Source: Marsupella aquatica
Lineage: Eukaryota > Plantae > Marchantiophyta
Length of the DNA: 64,000 nt
Direction: 5' to 3'
NCBI GenBank assembly: GCA_973895155.1
Contig: OZ316891.1
Span: forward strand, 16,185,137 to 16,249,136
The notes below the pieces were generated by a model. The model was not told the origin of the DNA, did no database searches, and worked only from the letters and a program-made list of their open reading frames with translations. The position numbers and the translations under genes were made by a program. Below are positions 24,731-37,226 of this stretch, piece by piece (within the stretch, counting starts at the first letter, position 1; each line of letters opens with the position of its first letter).

Positions 24731-27700
24731 ATGGAACCCGGGCCGAGGCCGGAGGTAAGGCTGAGGGTGAAAACCCGATTAGGGTTAGGGCGCGTTAAGC
24801 GTCGGCGGCTAGGAAGGATCAACGGGAAGAAGGACCGGCAGAGGAGAGGGGTAAGGAGCACTTGCAGGAGATGGTGGCTCATTTGCGAGCACGAACTAGG
24901 CAGACGACTACGGGAGGCCAACTACTGTCAGCTGCTTAGGCAAGCACTCGGGGAGAGAGTAGATACCGACGATCGACCTAAGGAGGGTATGAGCAACGTC
25001 AATCAAGCGGCACATTTCTGGGGATGCCTGTTCGAACGGGCAACTGAGTACATCAAGACTTACGAGGACGAGGAGTCAGAAAGGGCAGCTCGAGAACGGC
25101 AGGAGCTCGCTCGATTGTGGGAGCTGCAGAAGACGGCTTTCTTAGGAGGCGAACTCATCAAGGACGAGTTCCTGTGGACGCCTACTTCCAATCAACTCGA
25201 CGATCTTCTGTTTTGCAAAGACAGCGTCGTCGGCATCCGAGAGGCCATCAAGAACTGCAACGACATACACTGGGAATTAAAGGGTAGCACGGAAAGGTGG
25301 ACCCAGGCAACGGTGCTAGGAGAAACCTCCACGGCAGTAGAGATGAAGAGGAAGGGAGCCGTCAACGATGAAGCCACCCCGGCAAAAAGAACGAGGTCGG
25401 CGGCACCAAAGAAGCCAGCCGAGCAGCAGAGCAGGAGGCAGGGAGAAGCCGAAGAGGAGGAGGTCGATCCCATCAAGGCCATTCCAACCAGGGATGACAC
25501 CTGGAAGGGCTGGGCGGCAACCCTACCGGTGGAGGTGCAACTACATTTTGCACGGGAGGAGGATGCATGCTTTACGGCCATGCAGACCAAGAAGTACCAA
25601 GGCTTCATGGCCGGATCCGGCTTGGAGGCCTTTGTAAGATTACCATGGCTGAAGCCGGAGGTACCGGACTCAGACCTATTAGAATTCGTGGGGTCATGGG
25701 AACCCGAGACCAATTGCACGAGGATATATGGGAAGGATTTCTATCTTACTCCCAAGGTAATTGCCGAAGTGTTTGGCCTGCCGATAGGCAATAAGACCAA
25801 AGTTGATACCAGGAAGACCTTGCCTGACAAGGAGTTCCGGTCGTTCCCCGGGCCATCAACGAAGAATGGCTTCTTCCGGAACACCTGCACCAACCCGCAC
25901 ATAGGAGAGATGATCGACTTCTTGCGGGTGACCATGCATTGTAACTTGCCGAGGGCAGAGATCGGCAAGGCACAGGTCTATCTGGCAGAAAGGCCAGACC
26001 CAAGCCGGGACTACAACGGGTACCTCCTCAACCAATTGAAGAAGATCTTAAAGGAGGAGCAGCAGGTAATCGGCATGGGGAGCGTGTCGCGGCTTGGCTA
26101 TCACATGCCGCTATTGTGCCGGTATGCCAGAGGTCAGACTTTTGCCCCGGTACTTCCCCTGCAGGTAAGGGCACCCGAGGAAGCTCCAACGCCGAGGCCG
26201 TTGGCTGAGAAGCCTCAACCACCTGTTAGTCCTACGATCAAGCAGGCGTTTAGGCCCAGGAAGGAGGACTTGCCGATGCAGCAACCAGGCATGCAGAGTC
26301 TGCTGAAACTACTGGAGAAAGAAAAGAAATCGGCATCGGCAATAACAACGGCAACGGCAACAATGCCGGACACTACTACAGAGGTAGGCCTACACCGGCT
26401 CACAAGAGAAAACCCCTTTGCTGGAGACAAGGAGAGAATCAGGCCGGAATCCAAGCCAGGTGTTCGAATGTACGTGGGAACCTCAAGCTCCGAATCTGAG
26501 GCAGAATTGCCTGAAGCTCCTACCGACGAAGAGGAGAGGGAGAAGCCGGACGTCCAAGAACTAGAGGAGGCAGTGGAGGACTGCAGCCATGATAATTCCG
26601 GCTATGGGTCGGACCATCACGTTCCAGGAGTAAGGACCTGTGGCCGGTTTGTCCCCACACTTCCAAGGGTAGTGCGAGGGGACCCCAACCAGCAGAGTAG
26701 CCCTGAGTCTCCCCCACCAGATGTTGCTCCCCTGAGCTTCGACGGCATAAAACAGACGGTGCAGGAATTTCAGGAGCGAATCAAGCAGGAGGAGGAGGCC
26801 GCCCTGGCTAAGGAAAAGGATTTACCAGGAGGAGATTGGCCGGAGGACATCAGGCGGCTAGCCAAAAAAGGAAGCAAACCTCTAGCCACGATTGAAGAGA
26901 TCCGCAGGACGGCTTGGGAGCAGAGGCCGCGATGGGCGATGCCGATCACTTCTACTTACTCCACCTACGCTAAGAATAGAGCCATGGAGTATGGTGAGAT
27001 GTGTGGGGAACTTGCGCTCGGCATCTTTGGAGAGGAGTTGGAGGTAGGACCCTTTTTCCATAGGGAGCAGTTGGAGAAGCACCAATTAGAAGAAGCGGTG
27101 GCTTTAGAGAGAAGCAAGAAGGACGAGGTCATTCGGCGGCTTAGGAGGATGGAAGCCGAGATTGAAGATCTAAGGGCGGCCAAGAAAGCCCAAGATGAAC
27201 TGCGGATTAAACGACATGAGCTGAACATCATGCAGGGGCAGTTGGACACCGCGCAGGCTGATAATCAGAATATCAAGGATAAACTGACTCAGACGCAGGA
27301 AGAGTTGGCCGACACGATCAAAGAGAGGGAGAAGTGGAAGCAAGAGCTGAAGAATACAGAGGAGGCCCACATAACAGCCAACAGCCGGGCCATGGCGGAG
27401 ACCCAAAGAAAGGAATGGGCGTTGAAAAGGGAGCTCGAGAAAATCCGCGGAGCCCTTGAGCAGAAGGAGGCCGAGTTAGGGAAATCCTATCAAGGGATTA
27501 TGGCGCTGCAGCAGGAGCTTGCGTCCCCGACGGCCAGCTTCAAGGCCGACCTAAGGGAGAAGGACGAGATGCTCGAACAGACTTACGCCAAGATGAACCA
27601 GATGGAGTCTGTCATCATTGCAGAGCTCGACAAGGAGCTAAAAGCAACCCAGGAGGAGAGGACTACCTTGAAACAAGAACGGGAGGAAGCCCAGAAGGAA

Positions 27701-28363
27701 CTAGAGGAGGCATGCAAGGACCTGGATGAGACCCAGGAGGAGTTGGAGGAAATCACGAGGAAGATGGAGAACCTTCAGCGGCGGGCCAACAACCAAACGG
27801 AGCGGCTGAAGAAACAAGCCGCAGTATTTAGGTGCTTGTCTTCATCAGGCCCAACTCCAATTGGGGCAACCAAGTTACCAGGAGTGGTACTGGCCGAAGA
27901 AAAAGCCGCGCCAACTGCACCAGTGCCGGAGGTAAGTGGGAAGGGGAAGGGACCAGCTGCCGAACCAGAAAAGAAGAAAAAGCGGAAACCTTCAGGGTCA
28001 AGGAGTAATCCGACTCCACAAGCCGTGGTGACCAAAGAGGTAGAACCAGCACCATCCTCCGACATGAATACGGCAATAGATCCCGCTATGATCACAGGTA
28101 GGGATGGTGCGGCCCAAGCCGAACTACTCAGTAAGGAGGCCAGTATTCCAGATCCGCCTCTTGAGCAGGCCGGGGAGACCGTAGCCGAGGCTGAGGCCGT
28201 AACCGATTCTCGAGCCGATGCCGATGCCGATGGTGGACCCAGTCAGGCCGATGGAGAGTTGACTCAGTCAAGGGCAGGTAATCTGTCAGGGAATGAGCCT
28301 ACGGCAGTGGCTGAGGAGGAAGCGTTGGGGGCGTCCATTAAGGATCCACCACCGGTGTCGTGA
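24731..28363 (+). CDS. Intact 1210-aa LTR-encoded protein: plant-transposon accessory domain plus long coiled coil
   Basis: Uninterrupted ORF; domain GLEAFVRLPW...EFVGSW...IAEVFGLP...NGFF..TC; long E/K/Q/L heptad-rich region; basic KKKKRK NLS-like motif. Confidence 0.8.
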   Translation: MEPGPRPEVRLRVKTRLGLGRVKRRRLGRINGKKDRQRRGVRSTCRRWWLICEHELGRRLREANYCQLLRQALGERVDTDDRPKEGMSNVNQAAHFWGCLFERATEYIKTYEDEESERAARERQELARLWELQKTAFLGGELIKDEFLWTPTSNQLDDLLFCKDSVVGIREAIKNCNDIHWELKGSTERWTQATVLGETSTAVEMKRKGAVNDEATPAKRTRSAAPKKPAEQQSRRQGEAEEEEVDPIKAIPTRDDTWKGWAATLPVEVQLHFAREEDACFTAMQTKKYQGFMAGSGLEAFVRLPWLKPEVPDSDLLEFVGSWEPETNCTRIYGKDFYLTPKVIAEVFGLPIGNKTKVDTRKTLPDKEFRSFPGPSTKNGFFRNTCTNPHIGEMIDFLRVTMHCNLPRAEIGKAQVYLAERPDPSRDYNGYLLNQLKKILKEEQQVIGMGSVSRLGYHMPLLCRYARGQTFAPVLPLQVRAPEEAPTPRPLAEKPQPPVSPTIKQAFRPRKEDLPMQQPGMQSLLKLLEKEKKSASAITTATATMPDTTTEVGLHRLTRENPFAGDKERIRPESKPGVRMYVGTSSSESEAELPEAPTDEEEREKPDVQELEEAVEDCSHDNSGYGSDHHVPGVRTCGRFVPTLPRVVRGDPNQQSSPESPPPDVAPLSFDGIKQTVQEFQERIKQEEEAALAKEKDLPGGDWPEDIRRLAKKGSKPLATIEEIRRTAWEQRPRWAMPITSTYSTYAKNRAMEYGEMCGELALGIFGEELEVGPFFHREQLEKHQLEEAVALERSKKDEVIRRLRRMEAEIEDLRAAKKAQDELRIKRHELNIMQGQLDTAQADNQNIKDKLTQTQEELADTIKEREKWKQELKNTEEAHITANSRAMAETQRKEWALKRELEKIRGALEQKEAELGKSYQGIMALQQELASPTASFKADLREKDEMLEQTYAKMNQMESVIIAELDKELKATQEERTTLKQEREEAQKELEEACKDLDETQEELEEITRKMENLQRRANNQTERLKKQAAVFRCLSSSGPTPIGATKLPGVVLAEEKAAPTAPVPEVSGKGKGPAAEPEKKKKRKPSGSRSNPTPQAVVTKEVEPAPSSDMNTAIDPAMITGRDGAAQAELLSKEASIPDPPLEQAGETVAEAEAVTDSRADADADGGPSQADGELTQSRAGNLSGNEPTAVAEEEALGASIKDPPPVS

Positions 28364-28560
28364 CGGTGCAAGGGCGCCGTTCCTTTTAGGGAGGGCGGAC
28401 GTGGAGGGAGGAGGCGTGAGTGGGCAGGGCGGGCGCGGATCTCCACGTTTAGGATTAGGATCAGAACCAGGAGCGGCCCTGACACTTAGCTTAGTGGGAT
28501 TGCGGTCCCACTGGTAGGAGCAACACTTGTGCTCCTGCCTTGCTGTACATAGGTAGATTC

Positions 28561-28700
28561 GGGCAAGTAGATTACTGTTAAGTAGATTAGGCCCAGGTAC
28601 TTATCCTGGTAGTGGATCCGCCATTCTTTGCATCGTAAGCCTAATCTACTTAACAGTAATCTACTTAACAGTAATCTACTTAACAGTAATCTACTTGCCC
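28561..28700. repeat. Fold-back inverted duplication with 16-bp tandem repeats inside family A copy 2
   Basis: Arm GGGCAAGTAGATTACTGTTAAGTAGATTAGGC and its reverse complement flank a segment that is inverted relative to copy 1 (about 18855-18910). Confidence 0.75.
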
Positions 28701-31700
28701 AGGTTAAGTAGATCCTTGTGTATATTCATGTTTCCTCATGCCTAAGAGCTGAATAGAGTTGGCCTCACGGCTTAGTTCGCAGAACTTGTGTATGAGATGT
28801 ACTGTTTGTATGGCAAGTGCATGGTATGACTCAGTCAGAATGAGTCATTTTGCTATTTGTGTGTCGCATTAACTTGTGTGAAGAGTGCCCACATCAACAG
28901 AAGGAAGGAAAGTAAGCAGGGGAGTAAGAGTTGGATGTGTCGAGCTGAGAGAGGTCTTAGCGGCTTAACCAAGCCTATTGGGGATCATTCCGGCGGCGGA
29001 ATCCAAACATACCTAACAAGACGGAGGGGAAGACAGGGGAAGACAGGGGAAGGCCTATATTAGGCCGGCTACGTATCTCATGACCCGATGAAGGATCTGT
29101 CCAATATATGTGTGTAAAATGTTAATAGTAGTAGTAGAAGGTTAGCAGCGTCCCATGCCGCTAAGCCGCGGAAACGGCCTCGCCAAGCACGAAACCTGCG
29201 GGAATCGGCTTGAGCTGGGGGGTTTCTTGGGTTCAGGGAGCCATGGGACGCACCACACCCCCCCACCCCCAACCACATAGAGGAAGGCCAGAACCCAAGA
29301 GCCAACGGCCACGACATAATCAACCCAAAATACTTTGCTCTGGGTACATTTTTGAATGGGTTGCTTGGCGACTTCTCCGTCAAAGTTGGTCAAGACGTGG
29401 GGGTGTTTATGGCCCGGAAGGTGGCGTACTTCTTTAGCCAAGAATTGGTTGCGGCAATAAGGGCACGGCTTGCACAATTGAGGCCACAAGGAGAATAGAG
29501 CAGTATCAAGGTGAGGAAACCCAACTATTAAATGAAGCCTCAACCCTAGAAGCCGAGTTGCAACTTCTTTGGCCCCAACTTGCGACTGCCTTGACCTAAT
29601 TCACCAAGGCTGAAGCCAAGGCAGCCTTGGCCGCACAAGCCAGAGCATGAAAGGATGCCAAGATCTCACGGCTCCAGACCCAGATTGATAGCTTGATGGG
29701 ACAAGCTATCATCTGGCAGATGGACGCAGAGGAGGCCAACGCTTGGGCCCAAAGAGATGCGGTGGAGGTTGACACCCTAAAGGCAGAGGTGGCACGGCTT
29801 CTACAAGAAGCCACAAAGCAGGACCAATTAGTGGCGCAGCTGCCGAGCAACGCCCAATAGTTGGAATCTGAGACTCTAGCTCTAGCTCTGGCTCTGGCTC
29901 TGGCTTGGGATGAATCTGCCCCCCCATACGACTCAAGAATAAACCAATCTGAGAGTAGAAACAAAGATTCTGATCTGGCTTGCAGCAGCTAGAACGTACG
30001 CAAGCCATTACATTGGGTCAAATGTGAGTGGTCATTGACCGTAGAACATTCCTGCAGAGTTAAGCTATAAACACTTGCCAAACAAAGATGAGCCAATTGT
30101 TCTTCAAGACAGCAAGGGACAAAGTCGGTTAGCCATGCATGGACCACCATCTAGAGCTAGGCGATGCCCTTGTTTTTGAGTTAGTCAAGCCTCTGGAATC
30201 AGGAGCATTTTTGTAAACCTCTTCCACTTTCCCATTGATGTTACAGTTTTATCATCATCCTTGTCCTACTAATGAACCTTTTCTACGTTCCTCACAATTG
30301 TATTGTCATCCTCAACCTCCCTTTGCCTACAGTAGTCAGCATGTTTTTCTTTTGTCCAGTGTGAAAGCTAAACCTATGGACGAGATGGATTCACCCACGC
30401 AGATTTTCCATAATGTGTTGATGCTGAAGCACTATCCACATATCACATTTTACGGTTGAGTGTTGGTGCAATCTATTATGTGATTGTTGACAGTCAATGA
30501 AGATCTGTGAAGTGGATTATATGAAGTAGGTGAGAAGCAACAAGTCAAGTATGGCCACCAAAGTGGCTTCTTTCTTTCAACAAGGTCCCTAGCAAAGAAC
30601 ATGCTAATCATTATGGGCAGTAATGGTGATAATCTTTCCGACATATCAATTTTTTGCCATTTTCATGTGGCCATGTTGTACTTAAAAGATTGTTTGCTAC
30701 AAGCCCACATTGTTTCCATTTATTCCTTTCCTGACATGTACTAGTGGAAAGTGTCTTGAAGTTAGCCACATTTCCACGGAGATTTCAAATTATAAGAAAC
30801 CATAAAAAATATTGACAGCCGAAGACCGCAAAGTCAACTCAACAATTATTGACGCTTGGACTAGTCCCCACAATCAAGGACCTACCCACATCAATTCTAC
30901 CTGCTATGAGCTTCAAACACTTCCTATTATGTCGGTTTCTACAAAAAATGAGGGATGATCAAAAACTTACTCTTAAGCCTTGGTTCTAATGCCCTGCGTA
31001 TGGAAAAGAATAGTGAAGGACCAAATGTACATTTGGTGCAGAAACACAACAAATAACCCTCTACAATGGCTTCATTGGATATACATCATATTTATTATTC
31101 AAATGCACGTGTTTAATTGGCACTCTTGGCTTGATGTACTTCTGTAGATTCTTCCAATTTTTGAGCATAGAATTGCAACGGTGATTATGTTGTCAGAACA
31201 CCATCCCAAGGATTGTCAGAGAGCAAGGGAGATAGGGGGCGGGTAGCATTATGGGCAGTAATGGTCTTCAGCTGAAGCCCTATTTTTTGAAGCATTAAAG
31301 CCCATAATCCTGGAAACATGGGATCAGTATATACAAAGGACAAGTGTGCATATTCTTCTACCAAAGGGGTAACTTTTTACTGATGCTCAGAAAGAAGCTT
31401 CATCGAATAACAATCCCAACCAGAGCACATCAATTTCATCATTCAAAGACAAAAGAAGCTTATTTGAGAAGCATGAGACATATATTAATGTCCAATTTAA
31501 GGTTCTCTCACAGATCGTCGATGAGTCACAACTTACAGAGAAGACATGAGTATCACTCAAATAATCATGAGTAGTGTATTTTGGAACTCAATGGATCACA
31601 GGTATTAACTAAACAGAACAAATCCCAGATGTATAATTTCATAACTACATTGGGACAATCTGCTCTTCATGGTAATGAAAAAAATTGGCTGACAATTTGA

Positions 31701-33495
31701 TCACCTACAATTCAATCACCTCTACATTCTTCTGGTTCTTCTTTGTTTTGACAAAATTGTCACCTCATTCAGTAAATTGTCCCGTGCCTCAGGCCCTTCG
31801 CCCATGTACTCCCTTCAAGGCACATGGAATCTTGCGTATCCACCTGGATGGGGTGTAATACCCCGGAGCAACTCAGGACTGAAATGCTCTCCTCTCTCAA
31901 TCAAATAGTTATGTAGAATGCAACAACAATAGATCATGGGACCAATTCTCTCCTTTTTTGGTTGAGTATTCACCACGTTCTTTTTAGCTGCTCTGTCATG
32001 CCATCGGCCTAGTCCTTAGTCCGATCTATGTCTAAGACGAACACTTCCCTTGTTATTATTCGGGTTTGGGCAGGCAGGGACGTGCGGAGTGCGTATAATT
32101 CTCCCAGACTAGCGCTAAGTGCGCATACATTTACTTACAAGCACGCTTAGGTATGCTTTGTGTTCCGCCGCCGGAATGTACCTTAGTCAACACGGGGTCG
32201 ACCCCGGCTTACGGACTTCTATGACACGGATAACGTGTCACTTAACCAAACGCAGGTCCTAGATTAGGACTTATATGGTCATTAGGACCGTAGCTGTAGC
32301 GTAGAGTAGCACAAATAACCGTCTTTGCCATTATGAATAGATTAGGAGTGGGTTAGTTGATTGAATGATTATGAATTAAGGAAAGGGGATTATTACAATC
32401 GACCAAGGTACGGTGGCGGCGGGGGAGTAAAAATCTGTTAGGAGATCACGCTTGGACCGAGACACCCAACTTTGGGCCATTATCAACTATCAAAACGGCC
32501 TCGCCTTCTCACGCTCAAGCTCACCCTGACACCCCCCATAAGAGCTGAGTTGATGGCGCTACGGCCCATTTGCTCGATCATACATTTTGGAATTCGCGGA
32601 CGCTAACATTCCCTCTCACCTTTGCTCAAATCGAAGGGCAAGAGCAGATTGTGGCAGGATTTAGTCAGGGCGAGTAAGGCCGCCACCAGCAAGCAAAACT
32701 ACCGGGCGGGAATGCGGAATCGACAAACTAGACTACAAAGGTTAGTATGACCCTTACAGCCTTGGGATTTTGGACCTTGTTTGGCGAGGTAGGTGATAAG
32801 TTCTCCAAGATTTACTGGTATTCTTGCCCCGAGAAAGCCGCTTAAGAACAAAGGTACGCAAAGTTGGTGGCTAAGGTAGCACAGGTTAACTGTGAGAAGA
32901 TAGCCATCACCAGGGATTCCAGCTACAACAAGCTACGGGACTACATCACCAAGTTATATATCAGCAAGGAGGGGTTTAGATTGGTAGTAGAGGCGATTCT
33001 TGAAGTCCTCGCGAAGTTCTTTAGGCTGAGGGGCAGCCAGAGGCTGACTCCAATGGAGTTCGACAAAATCCCGGGATACATCGACCAGCAAATTGCAGCC
33101 GAGAAGCATGAACAAGACATCAGCAGACAACGGGAAGCGGCGCACAATCTTACGTTCCTCGGGGAAAGCTCCAACGCCTTCAACTGGGATATGGCTACTC
33201 CGACACCACCCCCAGCCCCTCAGCCGATGACCACCGGCATACCGCCAAACCGGTCCCAAGTCCATCCTGTGAACAACACCGAGTGTTCCTCGGGTTCTGA
33301 GCGTGTTAGTCCGTAGCTTGAGCAGCGTTCTTGGAAGTGGGCAAGGACGACGCCGGCCCCCAAACCCACAACGCAAACCAACGCCGCCCCTACACCTGCC
33401 GGCCAACCCCCCGACCAACTTGACCCAACGACACTCAGATAATCAACAATCTAACTTATTACAAGTAATCCGCGTCCCCAAGATAGTCTGGACGA

Positions 33496-34232
33496 TGTCG
33501 TCCCAAAAGATTTTGACTCAAGAATGGCTTTTATAGGGGATGATGGGCGAGGCCTCCCAGTTGGGTTGCATGCATGCTGACTCGGAGGGGCTGCTTGGTT
33601 GGATGGATTGAGGTTTGGTGATTAGGTGACTCGTCATCACCAGGTTTGGTGTTTGGGTGAGTCACCAGGCTTGGAGTTTGGATGAGGCTTGCTGATGGCA
33701 GCTGGCTCAGGCTGGATGGTTGGGTTTCCGATGCTACTTAAGACTTGAGCCTCGGCTCATTGAGGTTGGCAGTTGTCTATTGAGATCTGTTGAGTTTCAT
33801 TCTGTGAGTTCCGCTCCGTTCTGCGGAACTCGATTGTTGTGCGGCAGTTTTGGAGTTTTGTGCAAGTGTTGGATCCAGGTGTGGAGTTTTGGATCCAGGC
33901 GCGGATTTCTCAAGTTTGGAGCCTCGTCGATCCAGGCGGGGATTTCTCAAGTTTGGAGCCTCATCGATCCAGGCGGGGATTTCTCAAGTTTGGAGCCTCG
34001 TTGGTCCAGGCCCGAGTTTTGTGTGAGCTGTTGTAGACTAGTGGAGTAGCTAGTCAAGTTTTGGTTTTGTGAGCTAAGGAGAGTTTTTCTGTCAGTTTTT
34101 GAGTAGATAGTCAAAAAGTAAAAAAGATAAAGGAGTGAGAGTTCACTCCAAAAAGTGCTTGTCGCTTGTCCCAATCGTAGCCAGAAACGCGCAGTTTGCC
34201 CGAGGAGCCCCTAACTTTAAGTCCTTGTGACA
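33496..34232. mobile_element. 737-bp TG...CA insertion (solo-LTR-like) with an apparent 4-bp TSD ACGA/ACGG
   Basis: Starts TGTCGTCCC and ends TTGTGACA; removing it rejoins the family C reading (IVWT|A...EHELEQFAHLLW). Confidence 0.6.
33892..34010 (+). repeat. 37-bp tandem repeat, three copies
   Basis: GATCCAGGCGGGGATTTCTCAAGTTTGGAGCCTC(A/G)TC units at 33892, 33929 and 33966. Confidence 0.85.
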
Positions 34233-37226
34233 ACGGCAATCTAGAAACCCGACCACACAAACTATCTCAAGGAACATGAGTTGGAGCAGTTCGCTCACTT
34301 GCTATGGAGACCTAGCGCAGCCAGGCCAAAGGAGGTTTATGAGTTCATCTCCAACTTCGATACTAACGCATCGACCACCAAGGTTTCAGGACAAACCTTA
34401 TCACTTACGGAGCATCGATTGGCACAGATCTTCTGTCTGCCAATCGGGCCAGTGTTGGTAGAACTCCAAATTTGGGATAAGGAGTATACACCTCGGCACT
34501 TCAAACCCAAGGGTAAGACAGACAACGGGTACAAGCAGGGGTCATGCACCAACTTAATCTGTATGGAGCGGCTGAACTTCATATGGACTACCCTACACAT
34601 GATTGAGCCACGATTCGAGATTTCCCTCTATACAATCATACAGGTGGAACAGTACAAACGGTAGAACTGGGCCCAATTCTTTTACCATAGGTTCTCAAGG
34701 GAGCTAGTCTCTCCGCCGAGCGAGATAAATTGCTGGCGCAGAACTAGACCCATGGTGACTCCATCGGCTAGCTCAGCCTAGAGGTAGCACGGCTCCAGAT
34801 CGAGGCCGATGAAGCTGCAAACAAGGCAGAGGAGGCAGTACGGGATAATAAGACCTTGCAGGACCGCATTACCCTGCTCGTCCTCCAGCCGACAAGACCT
34901 GGGCCCACCTCTGATCAAGGCGGCTTGAGGTCTCACCCCGACAAGGGGACAAACCCTGGCCCAGCCACAACACACACATAAGGGGTGGTTAGCGAAGGGT
35001 GTGAGCAGGCGCCGCGCGAGGTAGTTGAGTCAGCAGCATCTTTTGATTAGGCTTAACGACAGAATAGCTATCATTAGACACCAATTAGCGGCGCAGTAAG
35101 AAGAATTAGGACAAGATCAGTTAGGATCAGCCGACGTAGGATAGAGTCCATCGACAGACTAGATTTTGGTCAGTAGACTTAGCCACTACCACCCCGGTCA
35201 GCATCCCTTGCCACTGACGGTCAGCCGGTCAGAGGTAGTGCGGCCGGTTAGTCAGAAGGTAGTTAGTCAGTAGGCATTACCCTGGGAGGTAGTATCTTCC
35301 GGCTCCTTTCCGCAACGTAGTATTTAGGCTTCCCCTTCCGCTATGGAAGGGGGAGAAGGCTTAGTTATCTCAGCGCAAGAAAAGGCAAGGCACGGGGAGT
35401 CCCGGCCTGAGCAAGGTCAGAGTGCACTAAGGAGTGAGAGTCAGAGTTGAGCTTGCTGGGCAAGTGCGGGGCGGGGCCTCGTAGAGATTGGGCATCGACT
35501 GCCTTAGGCCTGCTGACCCCCTTAGAAGTTGAGTCAACTATGTAAACTGATTCTTTGCTGAGTAAATGTAGTCTTTTCCCTCTGATTCTATCGTGAGTAA
35601 TTGGTGTTGTGTGTATGCTTGGTCTGGGCAAAGGCGCCATTTCAAGGGACGTACCGGGTGCGGACTAATGGTAGGGATTGCCACCCATTGCATGTCACAA
35701 GGTTCTGTCGCGTCGATGGCTTGAAAGCCCCAAGCCGGGAGTTAGTCCGAGTCACTAACTGTGGGAATATTCCAGTGGTGGAAAACAAATATACCTATGA
35801 CCAGTACGAGTTGCGTAAGTATTATACCGGTAAGTATATTGACTTAGCCCGACTTAGGGCTAATCAGGCCCGCTACACACCTCCTTGCCCGAACCCTCAC
35901 CCCTATTGGTGGTCGAGGTCACACTAGGGAACTAACTCGGATTTAAGGCCCGAGTTAGGGGTGCGACAACTTCTAAGCCTTTGTGTTACCGCCTTCGATC
36001 TGGATCCATTAGTACAAGTGCTCAACCCCGGCTCGCAACCTGCACCTCGTGCATGCTTGGCATAACATGTTCGGCCCGGCAGTGATACTTGCACACAAGA
36101 CTCATACATGCATTCATACATAAACATAAATCTTGATTTACACAAAGGAATTGAGGGGAAAGGATTTCATTCATATATGATCATACACTTACGATTGGGC
36201 AACCCGACACCTCGTGAATGAACGGGCCCAAGGCCGAGGAGTATACACTACAATGGATCGAGCCCGGCTCTGCACTCGCCCGGTGAGCTTAGTCGTATAC
36301 CCTCCCCTTGGCACTCCAGCACTTCACCGAGTTTGGGACTCCCCGCACGTACCGCGAATGACCAACTTCTGAGTCTAAAATCCCCCCCCGTGCCTCTACC
36401 GGGGGGCTGCTAAATACTAAGGGCTGAGGACCAGCCTGGCCTCGTGCACAAATCTACGCTAACTCATATCCTTGCTAAGCTGGTTACGGATTGTCCTATT
36501 ACACTAGTACATTTTTGACGACTTTCCGATACTCAAAATGCGACTATTTTGTCATGTCCGAACCCGAGAGTATCGGACGTTGTCCGATACAAATACCTTC
36601 GTAATGTCTGATGTGCACCTCATCGGATTCAGTTAGTCCGATGTGTTCCCTAACGCAACCAATATCCCATATCGGTTACATCGGAACATTTCCAAAACTA
36701 AATGAATCGGACATTTGACCGGAAAAGTATTGTCAAGGGTCCGATCTTCAGGTTATCGGATACAATGTGTGTTAGAGACAACATCGGATATTTTCCGATG
36801 TTTATTCAAACGGACATGGTTTTCGTAATAGAATACTACGGACATAAATTGCGTAAGGTAAAGAATCGGAAACATTTTTGAAGCGGTCAATATCGGACCT
36901 CTTTGTTCGAACATTGGACGAGGGGTCCGATGTGTCCAATATCGGATGTGAGTGTTCTGATAGTTGTGATATCGGACAATTGCTGCGATTGAGCCTTTTG
37001 TGCTCCGATGCATATCCGATGCAAGTTTCATCGGATAGACCATTGGACACTGGTTATCTTGAGGTTCTTAGTTGAGTGGGGTTGAGAGAAGTATTAGAGA
37101 TACTTTATGGAATATGTTTTATGCAAGAGTGGACATTGCGAAACAAATATAGTGCCGAGAAATATATAATGTCGGGAAAATAAACACAAATATGGTAGGG
37201 GGCTAGCTATAGTTGCTACTTACTAG

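Larger units (their letters stand above)
24616..29257 (+). mobile_element. Family A solo LTR, 4.64 kb, protein-coding
   Basis: TGTGATGCC...GCACCACA ends; flanked by CCCCC (24611-24615 and 29258-29262); no internal LTR pair, gag or pol. The same 5' end precedes pol sequence at 62046. Confidence 0.8.
23510..30010 (+). pseudogene. Decayed accessory ORF of another LTR family (F), interrupted by family A copy 2
   Basis: FEHLAFLPW...EFIQNFD...LIFGLPKG and GGKAYLASHIEIIIEWH (compare GGKTYLGSHIAIILAWY at 58905), then Pro-rich sequence and, after 29262, coiled-coil-like sequence. Confidence 0.55.
32220..35968 (+). mobile_element. Family C solo LTR, copy 1 (decayed coding region, nested insertion)
   Basis: TSD ACTTC (32215-32219 and 35969-35973); TA(TG)...CA ends; collinear with 57654-60967. 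Confidence 0.8.

Noticed and set aside
24778-24791. Telomere-like TTAGGG repeat
   Set aside because: Only two units, inside an ORF; expected by chance.
24731-28363. Host myosin/SMC-like gene or retroviral envelope
   Set aside because: Intronless, multicopy and inside a TG...CA unit; no ATPase motifs, signal peptide or transmembrane helix.
30010-32050. Possible pol remnants or host exons
   Set aside because: Too decayed; no motif could be supported.
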